Source: Eledone cirrhosa
Lineage: Eukaryota
Assembly: GCA_964016885.1 (NCBI GenBank)
Contig: OZ024742.1
Location: forward strand, 176,142,001-176,206,000
DNA length: 64,000 nucleotides
Direction: 5' to 3'
The position numbers and the translations under genes were made by a program. Positions 15,194-27,925 of this stretch are shown here, one piece after another (the stretch's first letter is position 1; each line of letters begins with the position of its first letter). The notes under the pieces are model-generated. The model had not been told where the DNA came from. It searched no databases and was given only the letters and a program-made list of their open reading frames with translations.

Positions 15194-16029
15194 ATACTTA
15201 ATACATTAACAGAGAAAGCTATTAGCGATACTCCGACCAAATTCCATCTCACTCAACAAACATTAGGAAATACCTAGGTATGTTCCCAATTACACGTTTG
15301 GGGTGCTAACTATATTGTATTGTATTGATAGTCGGCTATATTATTTTATATGAGACATAATTAAATAAATCTCACTTTCCATACGATCGTTTCATTATAA
15401 GATTTCTACAAAGTGGGAGAAAAATGTCCAAGTTATGTAGAAGCTTGCATATGATCAACAGATTCCTGTGCAAGTGGGCACTTATAACTCTTCAGTGGAA
15501 TGCCCAAGCAATATCAATATAAAAAACTACATCGATATTAATATTTAGCGATAGTCACCGTCAGTGCTAGAAGAACTGCTAAGTTTGAAAATCCAGAGTC
15601 CTTCAAAAAAAAACTCACAGTCCCCAAATGGGAAGGGGAGGTTATCGTAAAATATAAAATAACATACACGCAGGTGTTAGGAATCCAAACCTCGTGTTAA
15701 GAACTCAACTGGATATTAAAAAAATAAATATATGTACGTATTATTTAAGTATACATAGAAATATTTTCTCAAGCAAAATAACAGACATGAGATACAGGAA
15801 GAAACAATCAATATTTCATGTAAAAAATAAATATAGTCATACCTAAGTATCTGGAAACTTCATGTCCGGCCATCAAAGAGTATAATACTTAATACATTAA
15901 CAGAGAAAGCTATTAGCGATACTCTGACAAACTTCCATCTCACTCAACAAACAGTAGGAAATATCTAAGTATATTCCCAATTATACGTTTGGGGTGCTAA
16001 CTATATTGTATTGTGTGGATAGTTGGCTG

Positions 16030-16032
<3 letters not shown>
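15194..16032 (-). mobile_element. Non-coding partial-tandem (pLTR-like) element
   Basis: About 145-bp direct repeat (15194-15341 and 15885-16032) with a period near 690 bp, TA-flanked; degenerate hammerhead-like motif at 15832-15884. Confidence 0.6.
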
Positions 16033-16062
<30 letters not shown>

Positions 16063-16642
16063 ATACCTATGTAGATCTAGGGGTATATGTGAGGGTGGCC
16101 ATGGTGTTCAGCTATAGGTAGAGTCTTAGGACGTGGGAGGTGCACGATGGGGGGTAACATGGATGGAGGAGGGTTGTTAGGGCACGGGGCTGTATGGAAG
16201 GCTTGAGAGAAAATAATGGATACCAGATGTATGCTTCAACCCATGCACATGAAAGACGAGTCATCTGTATTACTTCATAACAGTAGGGATCTCAATCCTG
16301 TGTCATTTCCTTCAAGATGTTAAATTGTGCAAGGTCTGCTTTTAGCACCCCATCGCAAGTCTTCCTAGGTCTTTCTCTATATATTTTAATGTTGGATACA
16401 CTAGAGTTTATAGAATGCAGGTTATAGTAACAGTTCAAAACTGTTGATAATATGGTGACATGCACACCACCTCCTGTTTGTCTGCTCTGCCTCTCTGACA
16501 TGCAGATCATCCGGCTTATGCCATCTTATGGTTCTTGCAGACAGAATTGAAAAAGTGTTACTTTATCTCAGAAGTTCTTTTGCCAGTCAAGATCTGCAGA
16601 TGTCGTCGGCAACAACATTGTTTTCACCAAAGTTCAATAAAT

Positions 16643-16826
16643 AAATAAATAGATAATTTAAATCAAGTAGAAGAGACAGTTTTAGATTATGATTAACTGT
16701 GGTTTCATCTGGCAAATTTTCAAAATCATAATTGATTAACAATTTAGAAAACGTGTCGGATGAAACCATAGTTAATTACAATCTCGAATTGTCTCTTTTA
16801 TTTGATTTAATTAGTTTATATATTTA
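16643..16826. repeat. Imperfect hairpin, arms about 80 bp
   Basis: ...gattaactgtggtttcatctggca... pairs with ...tgtcggatgaaaccatagttaatt... Confidence 0.7.
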
Positions 16827-18214
16827 CCTCTGTACTCAGCATTGAGTACTTTTTCCTGTATAACTAAGAGTTACAATATTACAGTATTTTCATTAAAAAT
16901 TTCATGAGCAGTAGTTTGTTACATTATGGTGTAGAAAACAAATTTTTGGCAGATTTGAGTGATGGAGAGCAGGTGGCTGAATTAAATGGAAGAATTGTTG
17001 GAGCTGCTGAAGTAATGCACCAGCTTCAACATTTGGTCATTAGAAGAAAGAAGGTAGTTATAAAAGCCAATCTTGGTATATTCAGTTCTGTACGCATGCC
17101 TACAATTTTACTATGGTTATGAATCATGGTAAAAAAAAAATGTTCATGAATACAAACAGTTGAAATAGAGGGTCTTTGGAGCAACATTATTTGATAGGGT
17201 GCATAGCTCATAGATTAGGAAATTGCTCTAGGTAGAGCTGCTACTTTTCTGATACAGCTCTGATATTATAGACATATGGTTAGAATGTCTAAAGAATCAT
17301 GATGACGCTGATGACTCTGCCCCCACAAACTTCACAGGAATAGGTGGGAAAAGTAGTAGTAGTAGTATTAGTCGTAAAGGTACGACTACTACTACAAGCA
17401 TAAACATTTGTATTTATGTTGGAAGATTTCAAGTAGGGACCCTTTGAAATGGTGAGTTTTGTTTCACAGAACCAGAACCAGTTTTGGCCAAATTGGTGTC
17501 AAAAGAGTTAAGTCCCCCCGTTGCCCACGTGAGTGTTAGCCTTAATCTCTCCCTCAGTTTGTCAATGACAATGATGATAACAAGACTGAATCTATTTTGA
17601 TGTTAAATGTTTTCTGAACAAAAAATGCACACTCTTCTTTGTACATTATCTCTCTCTTCCTCTCCCGCCTCACTCTCGCCGTCTCCTTTTGTCCCATTAC
17701 AGAGATTTTACATATTTATGTATATTTTTACTTTACTGACTTCTATTTCTCAAAAGTTTTACAGATAAATATTTAAAAATTGATAGCTTAAGAAGAAATA
17801 TTTTTACAAACATATATTTATATTTCTGATCAAAGAATGGCAGCATATTTACAGCTTAAAAATAGGAATAGATTTGATAGCATAAGAACAGAAACTAAGG
17901 CATATCTGCTAAATTCCTAGTTCCATTTATTCATGTTTGCAATTATAACTATATGACTGGATCAAACAAGCATTTTTTTAAATATTAATCACATGAATAG
18001 TTATTTCCAGAAAAATAAAGATTAAAGATATCACTAATCGCATTTTCTAATACTATTAATATTATCCAGTTATTTTTTTTTCTTATCTAGTAATCTCTCA
18101 TTTCAGAAATACAGAATCAGAAAAATAAATCAGATAAATGTATTTCCATATTTTTGTCAAATCTCTTGTTTTCTATTCCTCTAAATATATTTATGAATGA
18201 GGGTCCAGATTTCT

Positions 18215-18228
18215 TCATATATATATAT

Positions 18229-18293
<65 letters not shown>

Positions 18294-18315
18294 CATACAT
18301 ACATATATATACATG

Positions 18316-18358
<43 letters not shown>

Positions 18359-18392
18359 ATACACACATATATATATACATACATACATACAT

Positions 18393-18426
<34 letters not shown>

Positions 18427-18488
18427 ATATACATACATACATACATATATATATATACATGCATACATATATATATATATACATACAT

Positions 18489-18530
<42 letters not shown>
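18215..18530. repeat. Compound (TA)n/(TACA)n microsatellite, representative of many in the window
   Basis: Direct reading. Similar tracts at 963-1030, 1772-1886, 22880-23125, 23937-24150, 26195-26303 and 61850-62673. Confidence 0.95.
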
Positions 18531-18725
18531 GCTAAATTACTTCTCTGTAAATTACTTCCACTTAAAATAAAGAATTCTACTCTTTTCTCCTAATGGAAGA
18601 TCTGTATTACTTTAAAAAATTCAAGTTGAATAAGTTGAGTTCATTCATCAAAATGCATGAACTTACATTCCCTGTGTTCTCTTTGTAGTATTGAATTTAA
18701 TAATCTATACATACACACACACACA

Positions 18726-18772
<47 letters not shown>

Positions 18773-18777
18773 GTACA

Positions 18778-18985
18778 GTCTATTACCTTTCATCAAATCA
18801 GGCTAAAGAAACAATGTTTCCATTGGTCTTTCCAATTGCTAATACTATCTATTTGTCGCAAATCCAGGTAGAAGGAGCAGCGTTAAATAAAGTGCCTTGC
18901 TCAAGTCCATAATGCATCGCATAGTCCTGGAATGGAATTCACAACCCCTCGATTGTGAATCCAATTCTATAACCACTCTGCCACA
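18778..18985 (-). mobile_element. tRNA-derived SINE family 2
   Basis: Reverse complement matches 51291-51505 (gtggttatagaattggattcacaatcg...gaattccattccagg...cttgagcaaggcactttattt). Confidence 0.8.
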
Positions 18986-19194
18986 AAAAAAAGAGAAAAA
19001 AATATGTATAAGGTTGAACAATGAAAACAATTAAGGCAAAGTTTAGTAATTTTGTGATTGTTTCAGGGGTGAAATAAACTAAGATATTGATATATTGACT
19101 AATCAATCGTCTTGTTTGTTTTCCTTGTTGAACGTTTTATATCAGACTCTGTAGTTTTTGAATACTCAATGACATGTAATAAGATACCACTTTG

Positions 19195-19897
19195 ATGGGT
19201 TGTTTTTTCCCCTGTTTTATTGATAATGCACTGTATATCTCTCTCTGGTGTGTTACCTTTTCAACATATTGTATTTTAAAGAGCTCAGGATTTCTTCTCC
19301 TTTGAGCACATTATTTTCAGAGAATAGCGACGGCCTATGCCTCCGTTAATTTATCGTGATATTTCGCTCCTAATAACAGTCTTTCCTATCTCTGTTTGGT
19401 TGAGCACACTTCTCTGAGTGGCTTTGGGCTGCCCTTTCAAGCAGTTCGTCCCTCAGAGGCTACTGGTTCACTGCCCTTAAACACGCTGTGACTTCTCGCT
19501 TCCATGTGTAGCTGGACAGTCACTTTTAAAATTCTCTTAGTGTTGTCTGAAATGTATAGCCTTACACACGCTGATGAACCGAGGCTAACCCATTTCTTTC
19601 AACAAATTACTAGTGAAACATATCTTTGGATTAGTATCTTTGGATATGTACGTGTGTTATATAGTTATAGAGTTATTTATTTAAGCTTTAATTTATATTT
19701 TTAATTATCGTGTCTATAGTCTGCCTTTCATAGGTTATAGATTCCATACACTGGTGGTTTTTTTCCCCTGTTTTATTGATAGCGCACTATATGTTACCTT
19801 TTCAACATGTTGTATTTTAAAGAGCTCAGGATTTCTTCTCCTTTGAGCACATTATTTACAGGGAATAGCGAGAGACTATGCCTCCGTTAATTTATCG
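19195..19897 (+). mobile_element. Non-coding partial-tandem element
   Basis: About 150-bp direct repeat (19199-19357 and 19756-19897) ending at (TA)n; hammerhead-like CUGAUGA...GAAACAUAUC at 19571-19624 with poor stems. Confidence 0.55.
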
Positions 19898-20072
19898 TAT
19901 ATATATATATATATATTAAAGAGTTAAACAAGATTCAATGAGTACATCAAAGAATGAGTTTTACAGTAGATTGGAATCACTCTACAGTAAAAACAAAAAT
20001 ATATTTTCCAGAGTTATTAATATACTATTAAATTCAAATATTAATAAAATAGATGTTCTTGTGATCAATTAA

Positions 20073-20138
20073 ATGTTATTATACATATTTCAGAGGTACG
20101 TGAATCATGTTCAACAGTACGTCCTCATCAGATAAAAT
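20073..20138 (-). ncRNA. Type I hammerhead ribozyme
   Basis: AUUUUAU-CUGAUGA-GGACGUAC...GUACCUCU-GAAA-U-AUGU-A-UA^AUAACAU. Core intact, stem II 7/8 paired, stem I 6/7 paired. Confidence 0.7.
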
Positions 20139-20829
20139 AAAATGATACATAACATTCCCTGAGATGTTAGATGGTTAAGATTTAATCAAGGTAGTTAATA
20201 ACGTATGAGAAAACTCAACATTTATACCCTAATAATGAGAACATGGGAAAACGTAATAGAATCAATAGAACAAGTGTGAGTAAGAAAGACATTGCTTTAA
20301 TGTAACAGTTATAGAGTTTATAAAATTTGGGATACTACAATTAGGATTATAGAGGAAGACGTCTCCGGAGTTATAATTTTTTAAGTTTTTGGCTTGAGAA
20401 AACAACTGATAGATAATTAAAGAGAGGGAGATATAAAGGGGAGTAATTTATGCAGAAATTTTCATCACACAAATTTATCGGTTAAATTTCAAAATATTTA
20501 ATTTATGTCATTTTAGGGGAAGGAATCAAAATTTTAGGTTTGAAAAGTTGATGGTTATTTGTATTAATTTTATAAGTTTTATAAATGTGTTACATTTCTA
20601 AAATTCGAAGTTTTATGAAAACAAATTTAAAGGATTTACTAAGCCCGCGAAAGAAAAATATATACTATTCAATATTCACATAAAGGTAATCTTTAACAAA
20701 ATTACTTGTAACAGTGTCAACATTTTCGGTATGTATAATTTATGAAGTACTTACTGTTATAAATATCGAGGAATTTATTGTTAAATAGATATATTGTCTA
20801 AAGTATAATAATTAACGCAGAGTTTTCAG

Positions 20830-20879
<50 letters not shown>

Positions 20880-20952
20880 ACATTTATCATAATAAGAGGA
20901 ATATAAATTATTATTTATTATATTATATTAAATCATTATATTAGTTCTACCT

Positions 20953-21067
20953 TCTGAGTTCAAATCCCTCAGAGGTTAACTTTGCCTTTCATCCATCCGG
21001 GGTCGATAGAATAAAGTACCAGTAATGCATTGGGTAATTGCTGGCCTTGTGCCAAAAGTAGAAACAC
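20953..21067 (+). mobile_element. SINE family 1, 5'-truncated, with TSD
   Basis: ctgagttcaaatccc...gtagaaaca, flanked by ttatatta(g/a)ttctaccttc. Confidence 0.85.
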
Positions 21068-21589
21068 TTATATTAATTCTACCTTCAAGGGAAGAACGAA
21101 CTCTAAATAATGATTATGGTATTGTACAATATACATATATTTGCACAAACTATATATAGCGTTATACTGAACGATAATTATGATTATGTTATTATACATT
21201 ATACACATAAATTCACAAAACTATATACAGAGAAGTACCTAACTATAATTATGAATTATGTCATTATACGATATAAACATATTTGCACAAACTACATATA
21301 GAGAGATATACTAAGTATTAATGAGACAGTATACTTTTGGTAAATGAAAACGATTATAATCTTAGAAAATAGATTCATACATGCATAACTATAAAATAAA
21401 ATACATAAATATATATATATCACAAAAAAATGTAAACGCGTGAATGATCAACAGTTCAAAGTAAGATCTGTAAAAATTTACCGGTTAGATATTTAAACTA
21501 TATTTAAAACAGAGATAGAAAACTAAAGATAGAGAAATGAAGGTCTGGATCAAAGTTAATAATATTTATCCCTAACTCCAGCTGCTGTG

Positions 21590-22866
21590 ATCAACTTATC
21601 GAGTTTCTTGAAGCCATCACCCAGATCACTGCTGGCGGCTCATGGGTGGATGGTGTTTACCTTGACTGTGCTAAAGCTTTCAATTCTGTGCCAAACATAG
21701 AGTTATGGCAAAACTCTCTGCATTGGGTGTGAAGGATGATCTTTTTTAACTGGTTGAAGTCCTTCATTCTCAGTCGAAGAGAGGTAGTCACGGTTCTAGG
21801 ACAGCATTGCTCACCATATGAGATGCCATCTGGTGTAACAGAGGGATCTGTTCTTTCTTGTGGCATATATTAATGATATAGATGCCAACTTAAAAAATGC
21901 CACAGTATTGAAATATGCAGATGACATTAAGCTGTACCCTGAGATAAAAAGGACAGATCCTGAACACTCTAGATCTTGCCTGCAATCTGACCTGGATACA
22001 ATGCAACAATGGATCACAGACTAGCAACTCAAGCTGGCTGTGGACAAGTGTACCACCATGCAATTTGTGAGTAAAAACCCAGCGTGCACATACTCCTTCC
22101 ACAACACTAATATCAAGAAGTCTTCTTGTGAACGTGGCCTGAGCATTACTGTCAGCAGCGATTTGCGTTGGACAAAGCACATCTCTAAAATTGTCAAGAA
22201 GGCCGAGGGTGTCTTAGCATCACTCAGAAAGACCTTTGTCATCCGTTCTCCAGCTATCTATTTAAAGCTCTATATAGCTATGGTGCGGCCACACTTAGAA
22301 TGTGCATCACCAGTCTGGAACCCCTATCTTACTCAGAACATTGACTGCCTGGAAACTGTTCACAGACGTGCAACCAAGCGAACACCCTCCATCAGCATCT
22401 ACCATAATCTGAATGCCTTACTTCCCTGTGCATGGATACATTAAAGCTCTGACGTCTGGAAACTGACTTGGTAAACGCCCACAAAATTATTAACCATCTT
22501 GACAACATCAACCCTGAGTACCTTTTTGATTTCAATGTGTCTAACACACGTGGGCATGCCAAAGAAGTCAGAAAACAGAAGAGCTCATATGTCTTTCGGA
22601 AACGTCTTTTCTTGCTCAGAGATGCTGAAGCATTGAACAAAGTCCCTGCATCAGTTGATAGCTGTCGAGACACTGCATCCTTTAAAACCTCCATGCTTCC
22701 TGAGATTCGCCAATACTACACCTAATATTCCCCCTCCATACACACGCACACATGTATGTCATGAGTCATACACTATTCAGTTCCCTGACATTTGTATATT
22801 ATTCTATGTACTATACATGCACCTTTGATGAGTTGTAGTGCACCAGGACACTGTACACAATAATTT
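21590..22866 (+). mobile_element. CR1/L2-clade LINE RT 3' fragment (pseudogene)
   Basis: Translates VYLDCAKAF, SGVTEGSVL, YINDI, KYADDIKLY, VRPHLECASPVWNPYL, RRATK and TRGH, with frameshifts. Confidence 0.9.
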
Positions 22867-22881
22867 TATTTTTATTTTTAT

Positions 22882-22923
<42 letters not shown>

Positions 22924-23000
22924 AATATTTATGTAAATAAGTATATATATATGTATATATGTAAATAAGTATATATATATATATATATATATGTAAATAA

Positions 23001-23053
<53 letters not shown>

Positions 23054-23123
23054 AATAAGTATATATACATGTATATGTATGTATATGTAAATAAGTATAC
23101 ATATATTGTTGTATATATATGTA

Positions 23124-23380
23124 AATATCATCTTCCGTATTCACAATCTTTGCTCCCAAATACAGGAAGACCTCAACCAATCTTAGTGGCTTCCCGCCTA
23201 CATTAGTAATCTTCTCTGGCTTCTTAATATTCTCTACCAGATATTTTGTCTGAATCTCATTCATTCTCAGCTCCACACTCATCGACAAAGTCTCCACCTT
23301 CCACATCAAATCCTCTGCCTCCTTCACTTTGTTTGTCATCAAAACTATGTTGTCAGTAAATTCAGCATCCGATATATTTT
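23124..23380 (-). mobile_element. RTE-type LINE RT fragment, inverted
   Basis: Translates [19 protein letters not shown]...[15 protein letters not shown] (RT motifs 5-7). Confidence 0.8.
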
Positions 23381-23465
23381 TAATATATATATATATATGT
23401 TTACTTATATATATATAGATATATTTACATATATATACATATATATATATATATTTACATATATA

Positions 23466-23932
23466 CAGCTTGAGATCGGTGTGGAAGTCATAAAGATCTG
23501 AGGATCTGCCTCGTCGTTGCTATAGTGGAGTATGTGCTAGTGTACGGGTCTGGGACTTGAACACTGACCAGGAGACTCGCTCGGGTGGTGGATGGGTGCT
23601 ACACGAGAATGCTGAGGATGGCTCTGAACATTAATCAGTATACACTGAGGATGAACAACTCAGAGCTGTACGGGAGCATCCCAAAAGTCAGCTCAAAAGT
23701 GACACAGAGAAAACTGAGGCTAGCTGGACATGCTCACCGACATCCAGAGTTGACATTGTACTCAGTGCTCCTGTCGAAACCCCTGCATGGACACACTGGA
23801 AGAGGAAAACCGAAGTTAACATATGTTGATGCCCTAAGGACAGACACTGGTATGTTGGAGACGCAGGACATGGCAGCGATAATGAGGGACAGAGAGGGCT
23901 GGAGAGAACTCGTCATAGATCTTAGGAATTTT

Positions 23933-23936
<4 letters not shown>
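23466..23936 (+). mobile_element. RTE-type LINE 3' end
   Basis: Translates VEYVLVYGSGT*TLT...[14 protein letters not shown]...LRLAGH...[11 protein letters not shown]...DREGWR. Confidence 0.85.
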
Positions 23937-24007
<71 letters not shown>

Positions 24008-24144
24008 GTAAATAATTATATGCATATATATGTATATATATATGTAAATAATTATATATACATATGTAAATATACATATATATATGTATATATAGGTAAA
24101 TATATATATGTATATATATATGTAAATATATCTCTCTATATATA

Positions 24145-24833
24145 TATACAAATTAAAATGAAGATTTAGAAATAGAAACCAGGACTCTCCATCACCAGTG
24201 GTCTACTAGCCATCATAGGTTTTTCTTCGCATTACAGACCAGATACCTCAGGCTAGTGCGAACAATAACTAAAATAAATTATTGGGCCCAATAACCTTTT
24301 CATTCCTATATGCTTTCCCCTTCGCTGTGACCTGTCTTTTTCTCTTCCCTTACTGCTATCCTCTTTCTCTCTCTCCTTCTCACTCTTACTTTCATTCACC
24401 ACATCTCCTAGTCACCCTCTCTCGGCTAGCCTCTTCCTCACACTTTTACTCACTCACACTCTGCTACTCACCCTCTCTCTCACTTCCTCCATCGTCTCTG
24501 ACCGTACGAAATTCTTTCCTCGCTTACTTTTCGCACGGTTAAGATGTGTCTTTCGTTTTTCTCGTCAATATTTGCAAGTTCTGATGTTCAAATGTATTTG
24601 ACTTGATTTTCTCATTTTTTCCTCTCTTTACGTTGCCTCACCATTTGTATTTGTTTACCTGTCTCTCTTTCTCCACCCAATTCTTTTCATCCCAATTACT
24701 TATTTTAGTTATTGTTCCCGCTAGCCTGTGGTATCTGGTCTATAATGCGAAGAAATACCTATGATGGCTAGTAGACCACTGGTGATGTATAGTCCTGGCT
24801 TCTATTTCTAATTCTTCATTTTAATTTGTATAT
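24145..24833. mobile_element. Non-coding element with about 140-bp inverted terminal segments (PLE-like)
   Basis: 24145-24286 is the inverted copy of 24691-24833; a third copy lies at 42825-43150. Confidence 0.75.
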
Positions 24834-24868
24834 CACATTTGCAACAACGCAGCACGCCACTTTTCATC

Positions 24869-24914
<46 letters not shown>

Positions 24915-24924
<10 letters not shown>

Positions 24925-25507
24925 CAAGGTTTAGCAAATAGAGAAAAAGTTTTAAGATACATTTTAAAAAGTTCGCTGTATTTAATATATGTACCCTTAC
25001 CGTGCGGTTTCAAATCCCAAAATATATGGATAATCCAGGCGGACCCCCATTGAGAAGGGGATTCTCATCAGAAGGTTCTTCTCGCTCGGAGAATATAGAA
25101 TTCCCGAGTTCAAATCCCAAACTGGTGCCATACGAAACTGTTCCCAGATGAGAGTAGATGAGGAAGGGACCAATTCTGTCTAGTGCCGTGTGTAAAGACA
25201 GAAGGCAGGGACAGACAAGTCAATGTCCTGCCACTAGAAATAGCAGCAGTTCAAACGTACAAAATGTTATCTCAACCTTAGGGTAGATTAATAATAATAA
25301 AGTATGTGTTCCTACGTGTAAAAAATACACATAGGGATACAAGTATTATCCAACCGTATACCAATGTGGTTCTATGGCTGGTTAATAAATTAACGAGCCA
25401 GAACATATAAAATCAAGGTTTAGCAAATAGAGAAAAAGTTTTAAAATAAATTTTTAAAATTTCGGTGTATTTACTATATGTATCCTTACCGCCTTACCGT
25501 GCGGTTT

Positions 25508-25510
<3 letters not shown>
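24915..25510 (-). mobile_element. Retrozyme/PLE-like partial tandem, period 489 bp
   Basis: 24915-25013 is repeated at 25405-25510, both ends lie in (TA)n, and it contains a hammerhead. Confidence 0.75.
24993..25076 (-). ncRNA. Type I hammerhead ribozyme with enlarged loop II
   Basis: ACCUU-CUGAUGA-GAAUCCC-[39 nt]-GGGAUUU-GAAA-CC-GCAC-GG-UA^AGGGU; all three stems pair. Confidence 0.8.
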
Positions 25511-25543
<33 letters not shown>

Positions 25544-25670
25544 AAAGTTATATTTAAATTGTTGGGTTACAACTAGTAAATATTTATAACTGATATAAAA
25601 GCACTCGACAAGTATTTGGAGTATATTTACAATATTAAATAAATGGAAACTATATTTATTAAACCATATT

Positions 25671-25736
25671 TATTTCATTATATATATTTCAGGGATATCA
25701 TATTAACAATATGCTATGCCTTCCTCAGACAAAATA
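25671..25736 (-). ncRNA. Type I hammerhead ribozyme (left arm)
   Basis: Reverse complement of 25866-25931. Confidence 0.7.
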
Positions 25737-25865
25737 CAATATAAACAGTTTTATAGATAAATAGATTTGACATACCGTAACGACAACTGCCAATTCAACT
25801 TTTCAAATACAAGTCGATGTTGTTACGGTATGTCAAATCTATTATCTATAAAACTGTTTATATTG

Positions 25866-25931
25866 TATTTTGTCTGAGGAAGGCATAGCATATTGTTAAT
25901 ATGATATCCCTGAAATATATATAATGAAATA
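25866..25931 (+). ncRNA. Type I hammerhead ribozyme (right arm)
   Basis: UAUUUUGU-CUGAGGA-AGGCAUAGCAUAUU-GUU-AAUAUGAUAUCCCU-GAAA-U-AUAU-A-UA^AUGAAAUA; 8-bp stem I with two G-U pairs and a long stem II. Confidence 0.7.
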
Positions 25932-25968
25932 AATATGGTTTTATAAATATAGTTTCCATTTATTTAAT

Positions 25969-26003
<35 letters not shown>

Positions 26004-26033
26004 AATAGTAATAAGAATAAATTTGAAGACTAA

Positions 26034-26093
<60 letters not shown>

Positions 26094-26192
26094 CAGTAAT
26101 AATAATAAATTTGAAGAATAAAATAATATATATATATGTAAATAATTATATATACCTATATGTGTGTATATATATATGTATGTATGTAAATA

Positions 26193-26530
<338 letters not shown>

Positions 26531-26552
26531 TATATAAATATGTATATATATG

Positions 26553-26590
<38 letters not shown>

Positions 26591-27599
26591 CCAAAAGAGA
26601 AAGTAATATCATATCGAGAAAAGAATACAGTTCGGATTTGTAAAGTTTGCTAAAAGTTAATGGTTAAAATGTAAGACTAGTTTATAAAAGTCTTTTGGAA
26701 TAGAAATGTCAAATTAAAGTTTTGCATGTTTATTCTGATGATGATATCGCTTAGCAATAGTTGGACAGGAATATTCCAAGCTGTTCCGTGTCAGCAATAT
26801 ACAGCTTTGACATGACATCAATCAAATAATGACCCATTTGCATGATGAAAAGATTTAGATTTATCAATATGAGATGTCATTTCCATTTGTTTTGCTTGGT
26901 ACATATCCAAAAGCTTTCTTGACTTTTGTATGTGGGGAGAGGTGGAGCTATTGCATGATACTTCATTTGATTTAGCAACTTACCAAATTAAAAGAGAAAA
27001 AATGGAATATCAAATGTTTCCATCTTTTGAAAACTATAGTTTCCATGTCAACCATTCTTTAATATGAGATCATGCCTGCTCAGCCGTGTATTAAATGGTA
27101 TTGTAAATTATTAAATATTGAGATAACTATAGCAAGCATAGTTCAAATGATAGAAAACTCTGAACACGGAAAGAAAATGTATAAAAATTCAAATTTACAT
27201 ATATTTGTCTGTCTGAAGAGATGTCTGTCTATCAGTAGGTATTTTTCTACTTTATTCATTGTATGTACAACATCATCTGGTCTGGAACTCTATTAATATA
27301 TAATTATTTAAATACAGTCTCATATTTAAATAAACATTAACAAATAAAAACTTTATTTGTGAATGTATATAACATAAGTTATTTTTCGAAATCAGTTTAT
27401 TACAAAGTTTTTCCTGGCAATGTATCAGATTCCACAGAAATAAATCATCATCATCACCACCACTATCATCATCATTTACATCATTGTTGTTTTATGACTT
27501 CATTTCATGCTTGTATGGGTTGGATAGGCCATCATAGCTGCTCACAAACATGGTCTATGGTCCGTGCTTTGTGCTTTTTTAATCTACCTTAATCTAACC

Positions 27600-27892
27600 T
27601 CACCACATTGTATACCTTCATATTTCTCTATTTATCCAACTAACTCTTTCTTTCTATTCATCTGTTTATTTAGTCACCCAACCTACCTATCTCTTCCCTT
27701 CTCTTTCATTTGTTCTATCTGTCTATCGAACTCCCCTCTGTCCATACATCTATCCATCTCTTTATCTGTCCATCCTTATATCTATCCATCCATACATATA
27801 TCCATTCATACATCCATCTATACATTTATCTGTTTTTCTATCTATATCTATTTCTGTCTGTCTATCTATCTGTCTGTCTATCTATCTGTCTG

Positions 27893-27925
<33 letters not shown>

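Larger units (their letters stand above)
25542..25974. mobile_element. PLE-like pLTR foldback (about 157-bp arms, about 33-nt spacer)
   Basis: 25628-25785 is inverted to 25819-25974. The same family is truncated at 62676-62840. Confidence 0.85.

Noticed and set aside
18117-18593. YIYI/VCVC/HTHT-rich ORFs here and throughout the window
   Set aside because: Translations of (TA)n and (CA)n microsatellites; open in several frames on both strands.
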